Virus record (IMG/VR): IMGVR_UViG_3300017605_000140
Location: 32,001 to 96,000 of that record
Strand: one strand, 5' to 3'
DNA: 64,000 bases
Source of the DNA: a virus
Shown here piece by piece: positions 10,027-19,581 of the stretch. Made by a program: the position numbers and the translations under genes. The notes beneath the pieces are model-generated. The model was not told the DNA's origin, ran no database searches, and saw nothing but the letters and a program-made list of their open reading frames with translations. How positions within the stretch are numbered: position 1 is the stretch's first letter; each line of letters begins with the position of its first letter.

Positions 10027-10365
10027 CTATGTAGCTTCCAGCCAAGAATCAAACTCAGTACCATAGTCTCCATAAGTAGACTCAGACTTATATTCCAAAG
10101 AACTAAGACGAGTGGTAAAGCAAAGGTCTTCTTGATACTCCGGATTTAGCTCACTGTAAAAACCACGACAGTTAATACAGGAGATACTTATCTGACCAAA
10201 CTCTATTTCCAATTGCCAGATATGCTCTGGACATTCCCTAAAAGACTTATCCAGATAAGCTTCCCGCAAAAGGAAGAGCTTAGTTCCCTCATTCATATCT
10301 TCCCAAGAAACTTTACTTTCATAGTCTTCATCAAATGGCACAAATTTCATAGGTACCTCTCTCAC
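10027..10365 (-). CDS. hypothetical protein with C-x2-H / CxxC
   Basis: packed ORF. Confidence 0.6.
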   Translation of the reverse strand: MREVPMKFVPFDEDYESKVSWEDMNEGTKLFLLREAYLDKSFRECPEHIWQLEIEFGQISISCINCRGFYSELNPEYQEDLCFTTRLSSLEYKSESTYGDYGTEFDSWLEAT

Positions 10366-10538
10366 ATAAGGACAGCACGGCGAGTTTTGTTGTAGATACG
10401 ATGCTGCTTGCCGTTAGGGCACTCAGCCAACACTGCGGCAGCAGTTTCGTAAGTAACTTTAACAGCTACATCTGACCAGCCTACCAGCTTAGTCTTTACT
10501 TGCAATGTGTACTTATCACTAGACGTATGGTTAGCCAT
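10362..10538 (-). CDS. small hypothetical protein (not in ORF track)
   Basis: MANHTSSDKYTLQVKTKLVGWSDV...GKQHRIYN; AAGGAG RBS. Confidence 0.55.
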   Translation of the reverse strand: MANHTSSDKYTLQVKTKLVGWSDVAVKVTYETAAAVLAECPNGKQHRIYNKTRRAVLM

Positions 10539-10774
10539 TAAAACTCCTTGTCAGCATAATACTTAGTCTCTGCCGCATCCATAAGTGCTTGTACTTGGTC
10601 CCTCGCCAACTCAAACTCTGAATAGAATTCTTCCATAGCTGCCCAAGCTTCCTTCAGTTCTTCTGGAACATCGTATGACCAGATATTACGTATACCATAT
10701 TCAAGTACTTCGGGAATTCCACCTTCCCAGTCTATCTTGGACAGCAGATTATAAATATCCAATGATTCTCGCAT
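10538..10774 (-). CDS. hypothetical protein
   Basis: likely start MRESLDIY; the longer track ORF overlaps the loader gene. Confidence 0.6.
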   Translation of the reverse strand: MRESLDIYNLLSKIDWEGGIPEVLEYGIRNIWSYDVPEELKEAWAAMEEFYSEFELARDQVQALMDAAETKYYADKEF

Positions 10775-10775
10775 A

Positions 10776-11447
10776 TTACTTCCTAGGCTTTCGTGTATCG
10801 GGTCCCAAAATGGGATACGTGTCAAATGCGTCATGGCGAAAGCTTTCAAAGGAATCGCCATAAATACCCTGCATAAAATCAGGGTCAATATTAGTGGTAA
10901 CAATAGTAGGCTTTGCAGATTCATAACGTACCCGCAAAGCTTCGTGCAAAGAACTTTCCGTAAAACCTGATGTAGTGCGATGCTCCTGCCCAATGTCATC
11001 AAAAACTACCAGGGCACTGGATTCAACCAGACCAAGAATCTTATGTGCAAGAACACTACGATCTGTAGGATTAGGCACAAACGTATCAGTAAGAGCTTTC
11101 TTCCAGTCAGAGAATCGAATGTAATACACATTGACTGATGGATACTTATACTGAATTTCTGTCAAAACTATCGCTGCCAGAGTAGACTTGCGTGTTCCGT
11201 TACGTCCGAACAACAGCATACCTTTACCAATATTATCCCGATTTGCTGGGAACTTTCCTTCCTTAGCTCGCTGCGGAGAAACATAGTGGTCAGTAAAGTT
11301 ATCTACAAGTTCTTCTGCGGCAGAAAGAGCATTCCTACCAGAAGGATGAGCATGCTCGTAATCAGAAAATCGCATACCTCGGAACTTGATAGGAATATTC
11401 GCCTGATCCCAGCGGCCAATGAAATATTCTTCAGGAACTACTACCAT
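10776..11447 (-). CDS. DnaC/IstB-like AAA+ helicase loader
   Basis: NIPIKF...FSDY, GMLLFGRNGTRKS (variant Walker A), VFDDIGQE, RY....PTIVTTN. Confidence 0.85.
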   Translation of the reverse strand: MVVVPEEYFIGRWDQANIPIKFRGMRFSDYEHAHPSGRNALSAAEELVDNFTDHYVSPQRAKEGKFPANRDNIGKGMLLFGRNGTRKSTLAAIVLTEIQYKYPSVNVYYIRFSDWKKALTDTFVPNPTDRSVLAHKILGLVESSALVVFDDIGQEHRTTSGFTESSLHEALRVRYESAKPTIVTTNIDPDFMQGIYGDSFESFRHDAFDTYPILGPDTRKPRK

Positions 11448-11820
11448 GATTATTCTCCCATTCCTCTTCCAGCAGATCCCACTTATCCTTAACCACTACA
11501 GGTTTAAGATGCTGGGCTATTCTTTCTGAATTATACAAAAAATCCTGCCAACCTGGATTCTTCCCCCGCAGACTGGCATCTTCCATGTACCGATCCATCA
11601 TGGCTCTGACTGTATCAGAGTCTGTCTTAGATTTCCACTTCGCTAGAGCACCAGCCAGGGCCCGTAGATTGACCATGCCGAAGCCACTGTACCATGGGGC
11701 TGCAAAGAGCTTGTCCTGAAAATACCGGGCTAAATGATTTGAGTTATAAGACGACTTTATGGGAACCTCCGGTTCGTCTGGAGATCCCCATAGGTCGTCC
11801 CAAATATCTTGGGTTGTCAA
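11431..11820 (-). CDS. hypothetical protein (possibly replication-initiator related)
   Basis: helical ORF immediately upstream of the loader. Confidence 0.55.
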   Translation of the reverse strand: MTTQDIWDDLWGSPDEPEVPIKSSYNSNHLARYFQDKLFAAPWYSGFGMVNLRALAGALAKWKSKTDSDTVRAMMDRYMEDASLRGKNPGWQDFLYNSERIAQHLKPVVVKDKWDLLEEEWENNHGSSS

Positions 11821-12092
11821 TTACTGTCCTTAATATGCAGAGCACGTACACGAATTTCAATTTCAGTTGACATACTGTCTTCGTAAAGAAGATATGTTCC
11901 CTTACCTAGAGGTACCCACTCGAAGAAATGATCGTTAAAATGGTCATGCTCTATAAGAAAATCTTCAGTGTAGTCATGAATACCCCAGAACTTTGCCAAC
12001 TCTATATCAGAGTACAGCTCATTTCCCGGCCACTCATTCCAGTTAGGGTGGATGACCTCAAAAATCCATTTAGTTTTGCTTGAGGGTGTCAC
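11817..12092 (-). CDS. hypothetical protein
   Basis: packed ORF. Confidence 0.55.
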   Translation of the reverse strand: MTPSSKTKWIFEVIHPNWNEWPGNELYSDIELAKFWGIHDYTEDFLIEHDHFNDHFFEWVPLGKGTYLLYEDSMSTEIEIRVRALHIKDSN

Positions 12093-12415
12093 TTAGTTTC
12101 CTCCCGCTCAATAAGGTAATCGATATAGTGACGGCTCTTCTTCAAATCTTCAACGCCACCCTTCTTCTTCCATCGCAAGAGATACTTTACAGCGTTGGCT
12201 TCCCACGGGTCAAGACCAAAAGCTTCCCAGACATCCCAGGGCTGCATAGTAGTTCCCTGATAGTGATCTCCACCAACTTGAGTACTTTTAACGTTTACAG
12301 TATCTGCTGGAGACTCAACAGCATTATGAAAACCGTGAGCAAGACAGGATACAGGTTTACCCATATGGTCACCCATTCGACAACCACAAGTGCAGAACCT
12401 AACACTAGTAGTCAT
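12089..12415 (-). CDS. DUF3310-family protein
   Basis: QVGGDHY...QPWD...NAVKYLLRWKKKGGVEDLKKSRHYIDYLIE. Confidence 0.85.
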   Translation of the reverse strand: MTTSVRFCTCGCRMGDHMGKPVSCLAHGFHNAVESPADTVNVKSTQVGGDHYQGTTMQPWDVWEAFGLDPWEANAVKYLLRWKKKGGVEDLKKSRHYIDYLIEREETK

Positions 12416-12705
12416 TTGTGATCACCTTCGTACTTTCTAATCTCGTTCCATCTATTCTTCTTAATATCAGCAAATGCTTTAGTTCCTTCGATACTCTTAC
12501 CCAGCATCCTAAACAATTCTGGAAGCGTTTTATCCGGGTGATTGCCAGGGTATGTATACTCTTCAGCATGTAACTTACTGCCAAAAAATCTATAAGATAT
12601 ACGAATCTGAAGTCGTAACTCCCCAAAAGGGTCAGTACTTACTCTGTAAAAATAACCTGGTGGAAGTTTGGGTAAGCCCATAGCTGTAAGCTCTTCCATA
12701 GTCAT
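12412..12705 (-). CDS. hypothetical protein
   Basis: LPKLPPGYFYRV motif; packed ORF. Confidence 0.65.
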   Translation of the reverse strand: MTMEELTAMGLPKLPPGYFYRVSTDPFGELRLQIRISYRFFGSKLHAEEYTYPGNHPDKTLPELFRMLGKSIEGTKAFADIKKNRWNEIRKYEGDHK

Positions 12706-14109
12706 TTAGTTCTCCTTAAGAATCTTCGTAAAGGTAGCCATCACAGAACTAAACGCTTCTCCCATGGACTTTATATCCTCACCAAGCTTAGCAAGATCAG
12801 ACTTCTTTACCAGAAGACTGTCAGTAACTTCATCAGCAACAGGCTGAGTAGTAGGCAACGGATCACGGAAAGGGTTTGGACCCTTCTTAACGAACTTTGT
12901 GCCAGCAACCTCTACAACAGTACCCACAGGAACGTCCTGAAGGGTCGGAGAAGCCCCTTCCAAGGGATTAGGTTCCCTCCTCACGTAGCCCTTCGCAGCC
13001 ATCTGATCGGCATAGTGATATGGATCAGGCAAAGTCTCTGATCCCGCATGTGACCGAGACTCTAGAGTACTCACAGTAGTAGCTATGGGTGAGTAAGTAG
13101 TAGGAGTTTCGCCTGTAAAAGATCCGGAGGAACACCCAGGAACCCATTCGCCCCCAGAAGGGTACGAGATACCGCACCTACGGCACTTGCCGGAAGTCCA
13201 GCCCATTCCTCCGTCCCAAGTATCCCAACTGTGGGAAGCAGTAAGCTTGGGGTCTTCCTTCTTACGCTTAGGAAGAGCAGGAACATCAACAGAGTCACTG
13301 TTAGAATGCCCCTCAAGGGTGTACTCAGCGGCTTGCGCAAGAGGCTTGGGGTCTTCTTCCGTCAACGCTTGCGCCCTAGCCATATCGGTCTGCAAAAATT
13401 CAGTCTTAGCATCAACAGGAAGCTTACCAGTAGTACCCACAGGGATGCCCTCAAGGGCCTTCTCAGCCGCTTGCACGAGAGGCTTGGACTCCTGGGGCTG
13501 CACCTTCTTTGCAGCCCGCTTACGGGGCGTTGCGGCCTTCTTTGTAGCAGGCTTTGTAACCTCCTCAGCGGGCTTGTTCTTCTCAAACTCAGCAACAGCC
13601 TGCTCACGCTTTAGCTTATCTTCAGGAGATTCATAACCCTCAAAGAAATCCACCATACCTTCCGAAAGATTATAGGTAGGAATAGGGGAATAAGACTTAG
13701 CCACAGTAACGGCCTGCATATCTTCCTCATTGGCAGGATCAAAGATGGAGATAAAAGCAACTTCATCCCCGTCATTCCCTGCATCAGAAAGCAAATTCAT
13801 AGAAGTGTCAACAGCATCATGGAATGACGCAACTTGTGTAGTTGAACTAGCCTTTGAAATAACCCTATGACCATGATCTCCCTGGATCACAGCTACCATA
13901 GGATCTCCATCAGGACTACCCCAGTCAAAGAATTCAGAACCCCACTTGATGAAGTTCTCCATACCCTTACCCATATTAGCGGTAAAGGGGATGATTACCT
14001 TGACATTCCTGGAGTCATTTCCCTTGAAAATCCAGTCAATAAGATTATCCTCAATATTGCTGGTAGAACTATCTCCAGAACCAGTTACCAGAATAGTAAG
14101 ATCCTTCAT
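12706..14109 (-). CDS. multidomain hypothetical protein (Rossmann/SLOG-like N terminus, Lys/Ala/Pro-rich linker)
   Basis: 467-aa ORF; LTILVTGSG start, KPATKKAATPRKRAAKK, internal KPLxQAAExxLEG repeat. Confidence 0.75.
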   Translation of the reverse strand: MKDLTILVTGSGDSSTSNIEDNLIDWIFKGNDSRNVKVIIPFTANMGKGMENFIKWGSEFFDWGSPDGDPMVAVIQGDHGHRVISKASSTTQVASFHDAVDTSMNLLSDAGNDGDEVAFISIFDPANEEDMQAVTVAKSYSPIPTYNLSEGMVDFFEGYESPEDKLKREQAVAEFEKNKPAEEVTKPATKKAATPRKRAAKKVQPQESKPLVQAAEKALEGIPVGTTGKLPVDAKTEFLQTDMARAQALTEEDPKPLAQAAEYTLEGHSNSDSVDVPALPKRKKEDPKLTASHSWDTWDGGMGWTSGKCRRCGISYPSGGEWVPGCSSGSFTGETPTTYSPIATTVSTLESRSHAGSETLPDPYHYADQMAAKGYVRREPNPLEGASPTLQDVPVGTVVEVAGTKFVKKGPNPFRDPLPTTQPVADEVTDSLLVKKSDLAKLGEDIKSMGEAFSSVMATFTKILKEN

Positions 14110-14315
14110 CCCTCTTCCTCCTCATCAGGAAACATCTCATTAAAACAGGTTCCACAAGTTTGGGATATCATAAGCTCCCGCTGATCATCCGTCAAATACG
14201 GAAAAGCATCCTGAGCGTAAGTACCATCTAGCCATGAAGTATAATCCTCACGACCTATATTAAAAGTATAAGTTACCTTGCATGTTTGACAGATGACAAA
14301 AAATTCTTCCCGCAT
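14106..14315 (-). CDS. small zinc-ribbon protein
   Basis: CQTC...QDAFPYLTDDQRELMISQTCGTCF; AGGAGG RBS. Confidence 0.7.
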   Translation of the reverse strand: MREEFFVICQTCKVTYTFNIGREDYTSWLDGTYAQDAFPYLTDDQRELMISQTCGTCFNEMFPDEEEEG

Positions 14316-14347
14316 AATTCCTCCTTGTTGTTGTGCTGATGAGGAGA

Positions 14348-14377
14348 ACACTACCCCTCTCTGGTCAACCCTGTCAA
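14348..14377 (-). promoter_or_regulatory. sigma70/HrdB-type promoter of the replication operon
   Basis: TTGACA-18 nt-TAGTGT followed by CAACAACAAGGAGG leader. Confidence 0.65.
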
Positions 14378-14635
14378 CTAGGGAGGCGGAGGTATGTTGG
14401 ACCGGCGTTTGGTAGACTGGGGTGCGGTACGTACAGAGACTACCAGCATCTGTATAAGCATAATAACCCCAGTAATCCCTAACACATATCTATAAGGTTC
14501 CGGAATTATCCAGGATAAATAACTGATACTAGGTACTATACCCAGATGAACCAGCCAATCAGGAGCTTGGTTTATCCGGTTTCTTATAAATTCCCAAGCC
14601 CATAATGTGATAAATACAGAAACAATGAAATGCAT
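14378..14635 (-). CDS. small membrane protein (about 3 TM segments, holin-like?)
   Basis: hydrophobic segments and a basic C terminus. Confidence 0.6.
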   Translation of the reverse strand: MHFIVSVFITLWAWEFIRNRINQAPDWLVHLGIVPSISYLSWIIPEPYRYVLGITGVIMLIQMLVVSVRTAPQSTKRRSNIPPPP

Positions 14636-14674
14636 GAAACTCCCTCGTTGTTGGAAGTTCCACTCTACCACACC

Positions 14675-14703
14675 TTGACAGATCGTGGTACCTTTGGTAT
14701 ACT
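14675..14703 (+). promoter_or_regulatory. near-consensus promoter facing an AT-rich palindrome
   Basis: TTGACA-17 nt-TATACT. Confidence 0.6.
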
Positions 14704-14772
14704 TTCTTTTATAAAGAAAAGAAGAGATATATAGATTATCTATATATCTCTTCTTTATATACTTTCTTTTAT
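14698..14772. repeat. AT-rich 18-bp perfect inverted repeat flanked by 15-bp direct repeats (terminator or origin candidate)
   Basis: AAAGAAGAGATATATAGA-TTA-TCTATATATCTCTTCTTT; TATACTTTCTTTTAT at 14698 and 14758. Confidence 0.75.
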
Positions 14773-17168
14773 TTTATAGGTAAAGCAAATTCTAATTTAT
14801 AGTATTCTCCTACAGGTAATACAGATTTTATAGAATTATTTAAATTAAATAATTTATCTGCATACTTTTTATAATAGTAAGATCTACACATATTAGGAGT
14901 TCCACCAAATTCCCAGTGGTAATCAGGAGAAGCAAAACCACCATCAAAGTATCCGCTATACATATCTGTTTCTTCTACAAGAATAGAGTCTATCCAGAAA
15001 GAATAAGGAGCATGAGAGATATCTGTGAACTTGGTAAAGAAATAAAAATTGTAATCCTGTAACCCTGTTGGAGGAACAGTATAAGTAGTCTGTACTCTAA
15101 CCCAATTACCATCTATATTCTCTGGATTAGAGGCTTTTGTAGTATTTGCACTTATACCTTGTACACCCAAAAAGTTACCGTCATAGAAGTTCATATATAC
15201 ATCTGGACAGTTAGGACCCTGCATAATCCAGGCACTTATAGTGTAAGTATGTCCCGACTTAAGTCCTTGTACTATAGGATAGGAACCGCCACTTATCTGA
15301 AAATTGTTGGAAGCACCTAACATGGCGTTAGACGTACCAGTAAAGGTACCGCTAGGTGCTGCAACAGAAACACGCATAGATCCCGTGGATTTATATCCAA
15401 TAGCACCGTCCCAAGACATTGTTACTGGATTAGGAGTACCAGAAGTTCCTGTGTTAGTCTGGAACCATTGGTCAGTTCCTGTGTTAAAGCCACTATTGAT
15501 AGCGTAGTTAACACGATCAGCTTTCACATTTATATTAGCTGTTTTTGGATGATTGTATTCTGTATAAACTTCAGTACCATACAATGAAGCACCAGTTATT
15601 GAATGGTTGCTAGTGTACACTACTTCCCCGGTAAAACCTCCCGGAGTATTTACTACTGGAACTACTGCTGCCCATACAGCGTCATTAGGTACCGCAATTT
15701 CATATACATTACCTATTTGCCAAACATTGCCACCAGGATGTGTGTTCTTGTTAGTAATAGGATTCTGAAGATAAGTACTTTCAGAAAGTATATTATAATC
15801 CTCATCATAAAAAATAAAACTAGCGAACCAACTGGTGTTAGCTCTAGAAGTAGATAAGTACACACTTCCGAATAGATTCTCCGCTGCTGCAAAAGTGTAT
15901 TTTACTGGCATGAGAGCAGAGAATTGTGGAAGGATAAAATATCCAGAAGTTCCATCACCTAAGGTAGTGACAGAAGAATTACTGACAATCTTACCTGAAT
16001 ACTGACCAGTCAACGCTAAATCCGTACTTTTAATTACTGAGGTAACCCCTATTCCTGGTGAATAACAGCAGATATCTGAATAGATGGATGCAGTAAGAGA
16101 AAGTCGGTTGTTAAGACCAGAAGTTTCTTCTACTTGAGCATTAGTAAATATATTCTGGCTTCCGTCAGGAACATTACTTACCCGGTATTGAACGTCTGCA
16201 TAGGTGGCAGGTTGCCAATAAGTTCCATCTCTGTAAGCCATGGGAACAGTCTGTGGGAATGAATCGTTAGACCAATCCGCCATAGAAATAACGGTAGCTC
16301 CCATAAAATCAACATTGGCAGCGCTATTCCATGACGTGGTAATCAAAGGGTCTACTGCTCGTATAGTAGCCGGGACAAAAGAAAAATCAGTAAGTCCACC
16401 TTCGGGAAGAGTGGATATAGCTCCGAAATTTGCACGTATATTAGTTTCCGCATTTATACTAGCAGACAAAGCATTAGGATCACTTAAGTTAACTTGACCA
16501 TTGGAGGCTGTAGTAGCACTAGCCCTACCAGATAAAGCTAAGGTATTTCCCGGTAAATTTATGTTAGATATGAAAGCTTTATTCCCTGGAGAATCAAAAC
16601 CTGTAAACCCTGAGAAAAAAGTGACAACTACAGAAGAAGCATCCCAGGTATAGGGAACACTTCCTAGTTCTGTCCAGGTAAATCCGTCTGGTGAAGTATC
16701 AAAACGAAATACTAAACGGTTATCATTACGTATTCTCCAGTAAGCATGCGATACAGAATTATAGATCGGTAATGCTGGGCTCGCTAATGTTATATTCCGG
16801 TTGTCAGATACATACGCTTTAAATTGTCCAGCCGGACCGATAGACATTTCTACATAATTATGTTCGTCTTGTTTGATAACTAATGCTGTTTGTACTGAAT
16901 CTCCACCAATTAAGGCAGGAGTAATTTTAGCAAAGAAAGAGCTGTATTCAATAGTGTAAAGAGAAGCACCTACATAGCTGGGAGTAGAGGTTGCTTCTAC
17001 AAAAGTGAGCCCGGTAGCTGGATCAATTCCAAAACTTCCACTGTTAGTATTCCACTGTGGATTAAGTAGTTCAGAGCTTCCTCCGTAACCCCCGTCGCCA
17101 AACCCAAAAGCACCAAAGCCGTCAGGGAGAAAAATATCCGTAAGTGTGTTGATATTAGGATTTGCCAT
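14769..17168 (-). CDS. baseplate/tail protein with carbohydrate-binding-like beta-sandwich domains
   Basis: last gene of the tail operon; YWRIR...F.TSPDG.TW lectin-like and N.GF...W...YTISAW CBM4/9-like segments. Confidence 0.7.
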   Translation of the reverse strand: MANPNINTLTDIFLPDGFGAFGFGDGGYGGSSELLNPQWNTNSGSFGIDPATGLTFVEATSTPSYVGASLYTIEYSSFFAKITPALIGGDSVQTALVIKQDEHNYVEMSIGPAGQFKAYVSDNRNITLASPALPIYNSVSHAYWRIRNDNRLVFRFDTSPDGFTWTELGSVPYTWDASSVVVTFFSGFTGFDSPGNKAFISNINLPGNTLALSGRASATTASNGQVNLSDPNALSASINAETNIRANFGAISTLPEGGLTDFSFVPATIRAVDPLITTSWNSAANVDFMGATVISMADWSNDSFPQTVPMAYRDGTYWQPATYADVQYRVSNVPDGSQNIFTNAQVEETSGLNNRLSLTASIYSDICCYSPGIGVTSVIKSTDLALTGQYSGKIVSNSSVTTLGDGTSGYFILPQFSALMPVKYTFAAAENLFGSVYLSTSRANTSWFASFIFYDEDYNILSESTYLQNPITNKNTHPGGNVWQIGNVYEIAVPNDAVWAAVVPVVNTPGGFTGEVVYTSNHSITGASLYGTEVYTEYNHPKTANINVKADRVNYAINSGFNTGTDQWFQTNTGTSGTPNPVTMSWDGAIGYKSTGSMRVSVAAPSGTFTGTSNAMLGASNNFQISGGSYPIVQGLKSGHTYTISAWIMQGPNCPDVYMNFYDGNFLGVQGISANTTKASNPENIDGNWVRVQTTYTVPPTGLQDYNFYFFTKFTDISHAPYSFWIDSILVEETDMYSGYFDGGFASPDYHWEFGGTPNMCRSYYYKKYADKLFNLNNSIKSVLPVGEYYKLEFALPIK

Positions 17169-19562
17169 TTATAGTGCTCCAGTTGCTGAGTATTTTTGTA
17201 TAAGACCAACTTTTCCAGCACCTGAAGTACCTGGTCCTGTTCCTGATGACAACGCTAAACGTGTGAGATTTCCATCACCAGTACGCGCATACTTATAAAC
17301 AGTTATATTAGTTTCAGCATCTACCACAATACGATCTCCATTAGACAAGCGTGTCCAAGAAGACAATAACGAGTCTACTCCAGCCGTAACTTTACGTAAA
17401 CTTGTTCTAGTAACATAATAGAAATTATTAGCGTTTATCCACGCAAAAACTACTCCATGAGTTTTATGCGCTGAGTCTGCATAATCAGTAGAAAAAGTCA
17501 CGCATACACGGCCGTTAGGTACGTCTGGATCAATTAACGCATATACATAAGTGGTAGTTCCCGCTAGCGTCTGATTAACAGATGCCATGCCATAACTACT
17601 TCTCCACAGATTAGCTGTCCCAGGAGTAGCTACCCAATTGCCACTGATAATAGTTCCATCTGTCTGTGCATTAGCTAAACTAGACTCAGAGGTACCGTTA
17701 AGATTAGTATAGTCATTTACAAAGCGCGCAGTGAAACCTTCTGATCCAGCATTATATCCTGTGTAGTCTATAGCAGTATTATTTATCAAATTCCCTAATT
17801 TATCGTAGAAATATACCAATGATTCCGCATTCGCGGCATTAACATTATTAGAAAGTCTTGACCAGAATCCTGAAGATACTACAGTTTTCTGTGCGGGTGA
17901 TATAAAAGCCCAGGAAGAGTTTGAAGAATAAAAACCTGAAGGTGCCATATTCACATTATCAAGTACAGATACATACACTATCCCTAGGTACTGGACTTGT
18001 TGTCCAGAAGAATACTGTTCAGCCGGATTCCAGTACGGTATCTGTGGAATAACTATACCGTCTTTAATAATATTTGGTCTGTCGGAAGTAGTGTAATAAA
18101 AGGGCTGCCAGAATGTTTGGTTACGCCCGGGAGTAATAGCGCCATAAGGTGTTCCTGGTCCTGATGGTTTTACTGCTCTGTAGTAGTAACCATCTGTATA
18201 TAAAACATTATTGTTGATAACGTAGTTTACTGCCGCAGAATAATTAGGAGTAACTATAGGAGCAGTTGAATCAAGATTCCATACCCCAGTTCCTATATTA
18301 TTTGTCTGCGTTATACTTAGCGCATGCCAATTGTGCACAGAACTATCTGTAGGGTGAGGTAATCCAGATACTGTGCCACCAGCGGCAGCAGTAGTCCCAG
18401 ATATTCCAGCGACACCCCAGGAAGATATTTGTGATGTTGCTGGATTTCTATAAGTAACCGAATTAAGCGCTCCTGAAATTAGGGTCCACCAGGTATTACT
18501 GCTAGTTGTCCCAGATGGAGCCTGTGAAAGACCTGAAGTTTGCACATTAGCGCGATAGTCATAACCGTTATACTGCACTAAATCTGGTGGACCTATGCTG
18601 TTAAAGTAAGTAGAAAATTGACTCCACTGGTCAAGCACAGGATGAACAAAAGCAGTTTGATCAGCAGTATTGTACATATTAGAACTATAAGTAATCTCGG
18701 AATCCCAACCAGTTAACTCAGCTATAAGATTATGAATACTCTGAGATTGGCCTTTCATTCTATAGTTTACTGTTGCATTTTTTATTCTTTGACGACGTTG
18801 TTGAGGTGTTGACAGATAATTAGTAGCTATACCTAGTTGCTGACCCAGCATATCTAAATTAGCAGCAGATACAGTATCAGGGTTGTTATTCTGTAAGTAG
18901 CTATCATAACTAGCTTTCGCTGTATCCAAGCCAAAACCGAATACTGACAGATAATGCTGAAGTGCTGGATTATCTATGGAGGCGCTATTAAAAGTATCCG
19001 ACGTAGAGATCTTATAAGGTTGTGGTGTTCTGTCATACAGCATAAAGCCATAACCCTGATCTCCCAGGGCAAGAGTGGCAGTATTACCTGCCGGTAACCA
19101 GGTAGGGACATAATTAGTAGATGCCCAAAAGGATGATCCAGCAGTGGGAGTATGATTCAGATTAGAATTTTGAGTACTCGACCAGTACATACCGTTATAA
19201 AGTACTTGGCTGTTAGCCAAATAAGCAGTACTTGAGTTCCAGTCAGGCGCCTCTAAGGTAATAAACATAGAGTAGTAATAGATAGTGCCAGGAATTAAAT
19301 TGGTGTCTGCATAAGTGCGAGACATAGTGGATGGAGTAATTTCCTGTATTAAAATACCTTCTTCTGCCGTTGTAGGAAATCCGTACACACTTCGTACAAG
19401 GTGCATTAATTTCCAGGCAGTGACATTAGGAGATGCCCACGTTAAAGATATTTCACTATAGTTACTTTGCGAAGCTACAAAAGGAGAGACACTGTAATCT
19501 TCTTGCTGTGAGTATCCATAGGTATCTACACCATAAATATCTATTCCAAAACCCTTGCTCAT
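17169..19562 (-). CDS. baseplate wedge/tail protein (P2 gpI-like core with CBM5/12-like repeats)
   Basis: L..LG.QLG...RQRIKNA...Y..KG motif; repeated W/Y....Y....V.Y.G..Y modules. Confidence 0.75.
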   Translation of the reverse strand: MSKGFGIDIYGVDTYGYSQQEDYSVSPFVASQSNYSEISLTWASPNVTAWKLMHLVRSVYGFPTTAEEGILIQEITPSTMSRTYADTNLIPGTIYYYSMFITLEAPDWNSSTAYLANSQVLYNGMYWSSTQNSNLNHTPTAGSSFWASTNYVPTWLPAGNTATLALGDQGYGFMLYDRTPQPYKISTSDTFNSASIDNPALQHYLSVFGFGLDTAKASYDSYLQNNNPDTVSAANLDMLGQQLGIATNYLSTPQQRRQRIKNATVNYRMKGQSQSIHNLIAELTGWDSEITYSSNMYNTADQTAFVHPVLDQWSQFSTYFNSIGPPDLVQYNGYDYRANVQTSGLSQAPSGTTSSNTWWTLISGALNSVTYRNPATSQISSWGVAGISGTTAAAGGTVSGLPHPTDSSVHNWHALSITQTNNIGTGVWNLDSTAPIVTPNYSAAVNYVINNNVLYTDGYYYRAVKPSGPGTPYGAITPGRNQTFWQPFYYTTSDRPNIIKDGIVIPQIPYWNPAEQYSSGQQVQYLGIVYVSVLDNVNMAPSGFYSSNSSWAFISPAQKTVVSSGFWSRLSNNVNAANAESLVYFYDKLGNLINNTAIDYTGYNAGSEGFTARFVNDYTNLNGTSESSLANAQTDGTIISGNWVATPGTANLWRSSYGMASVNQTLAGTTTYVYALIDPDVPNGRVCVTFSTDYADSAHKTHGVVFAWINANNFYYVTRTSLRKVTAGVDSLLSSWTRLSNGDRIVVDAETNITVYKYARTGDGNLTRLALSSGTGPGTSGAGKVGLIQKYSATGAL

Positions 19563-19581
19563 TTACTCTCCTATTGTTGAA

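Noticed and set aside
14330-14360. Hammerhead ribozyme core CTGATGA
   Set aside because: No matching GAAA core or stems. The sequence is the complement of a promoter and leader.
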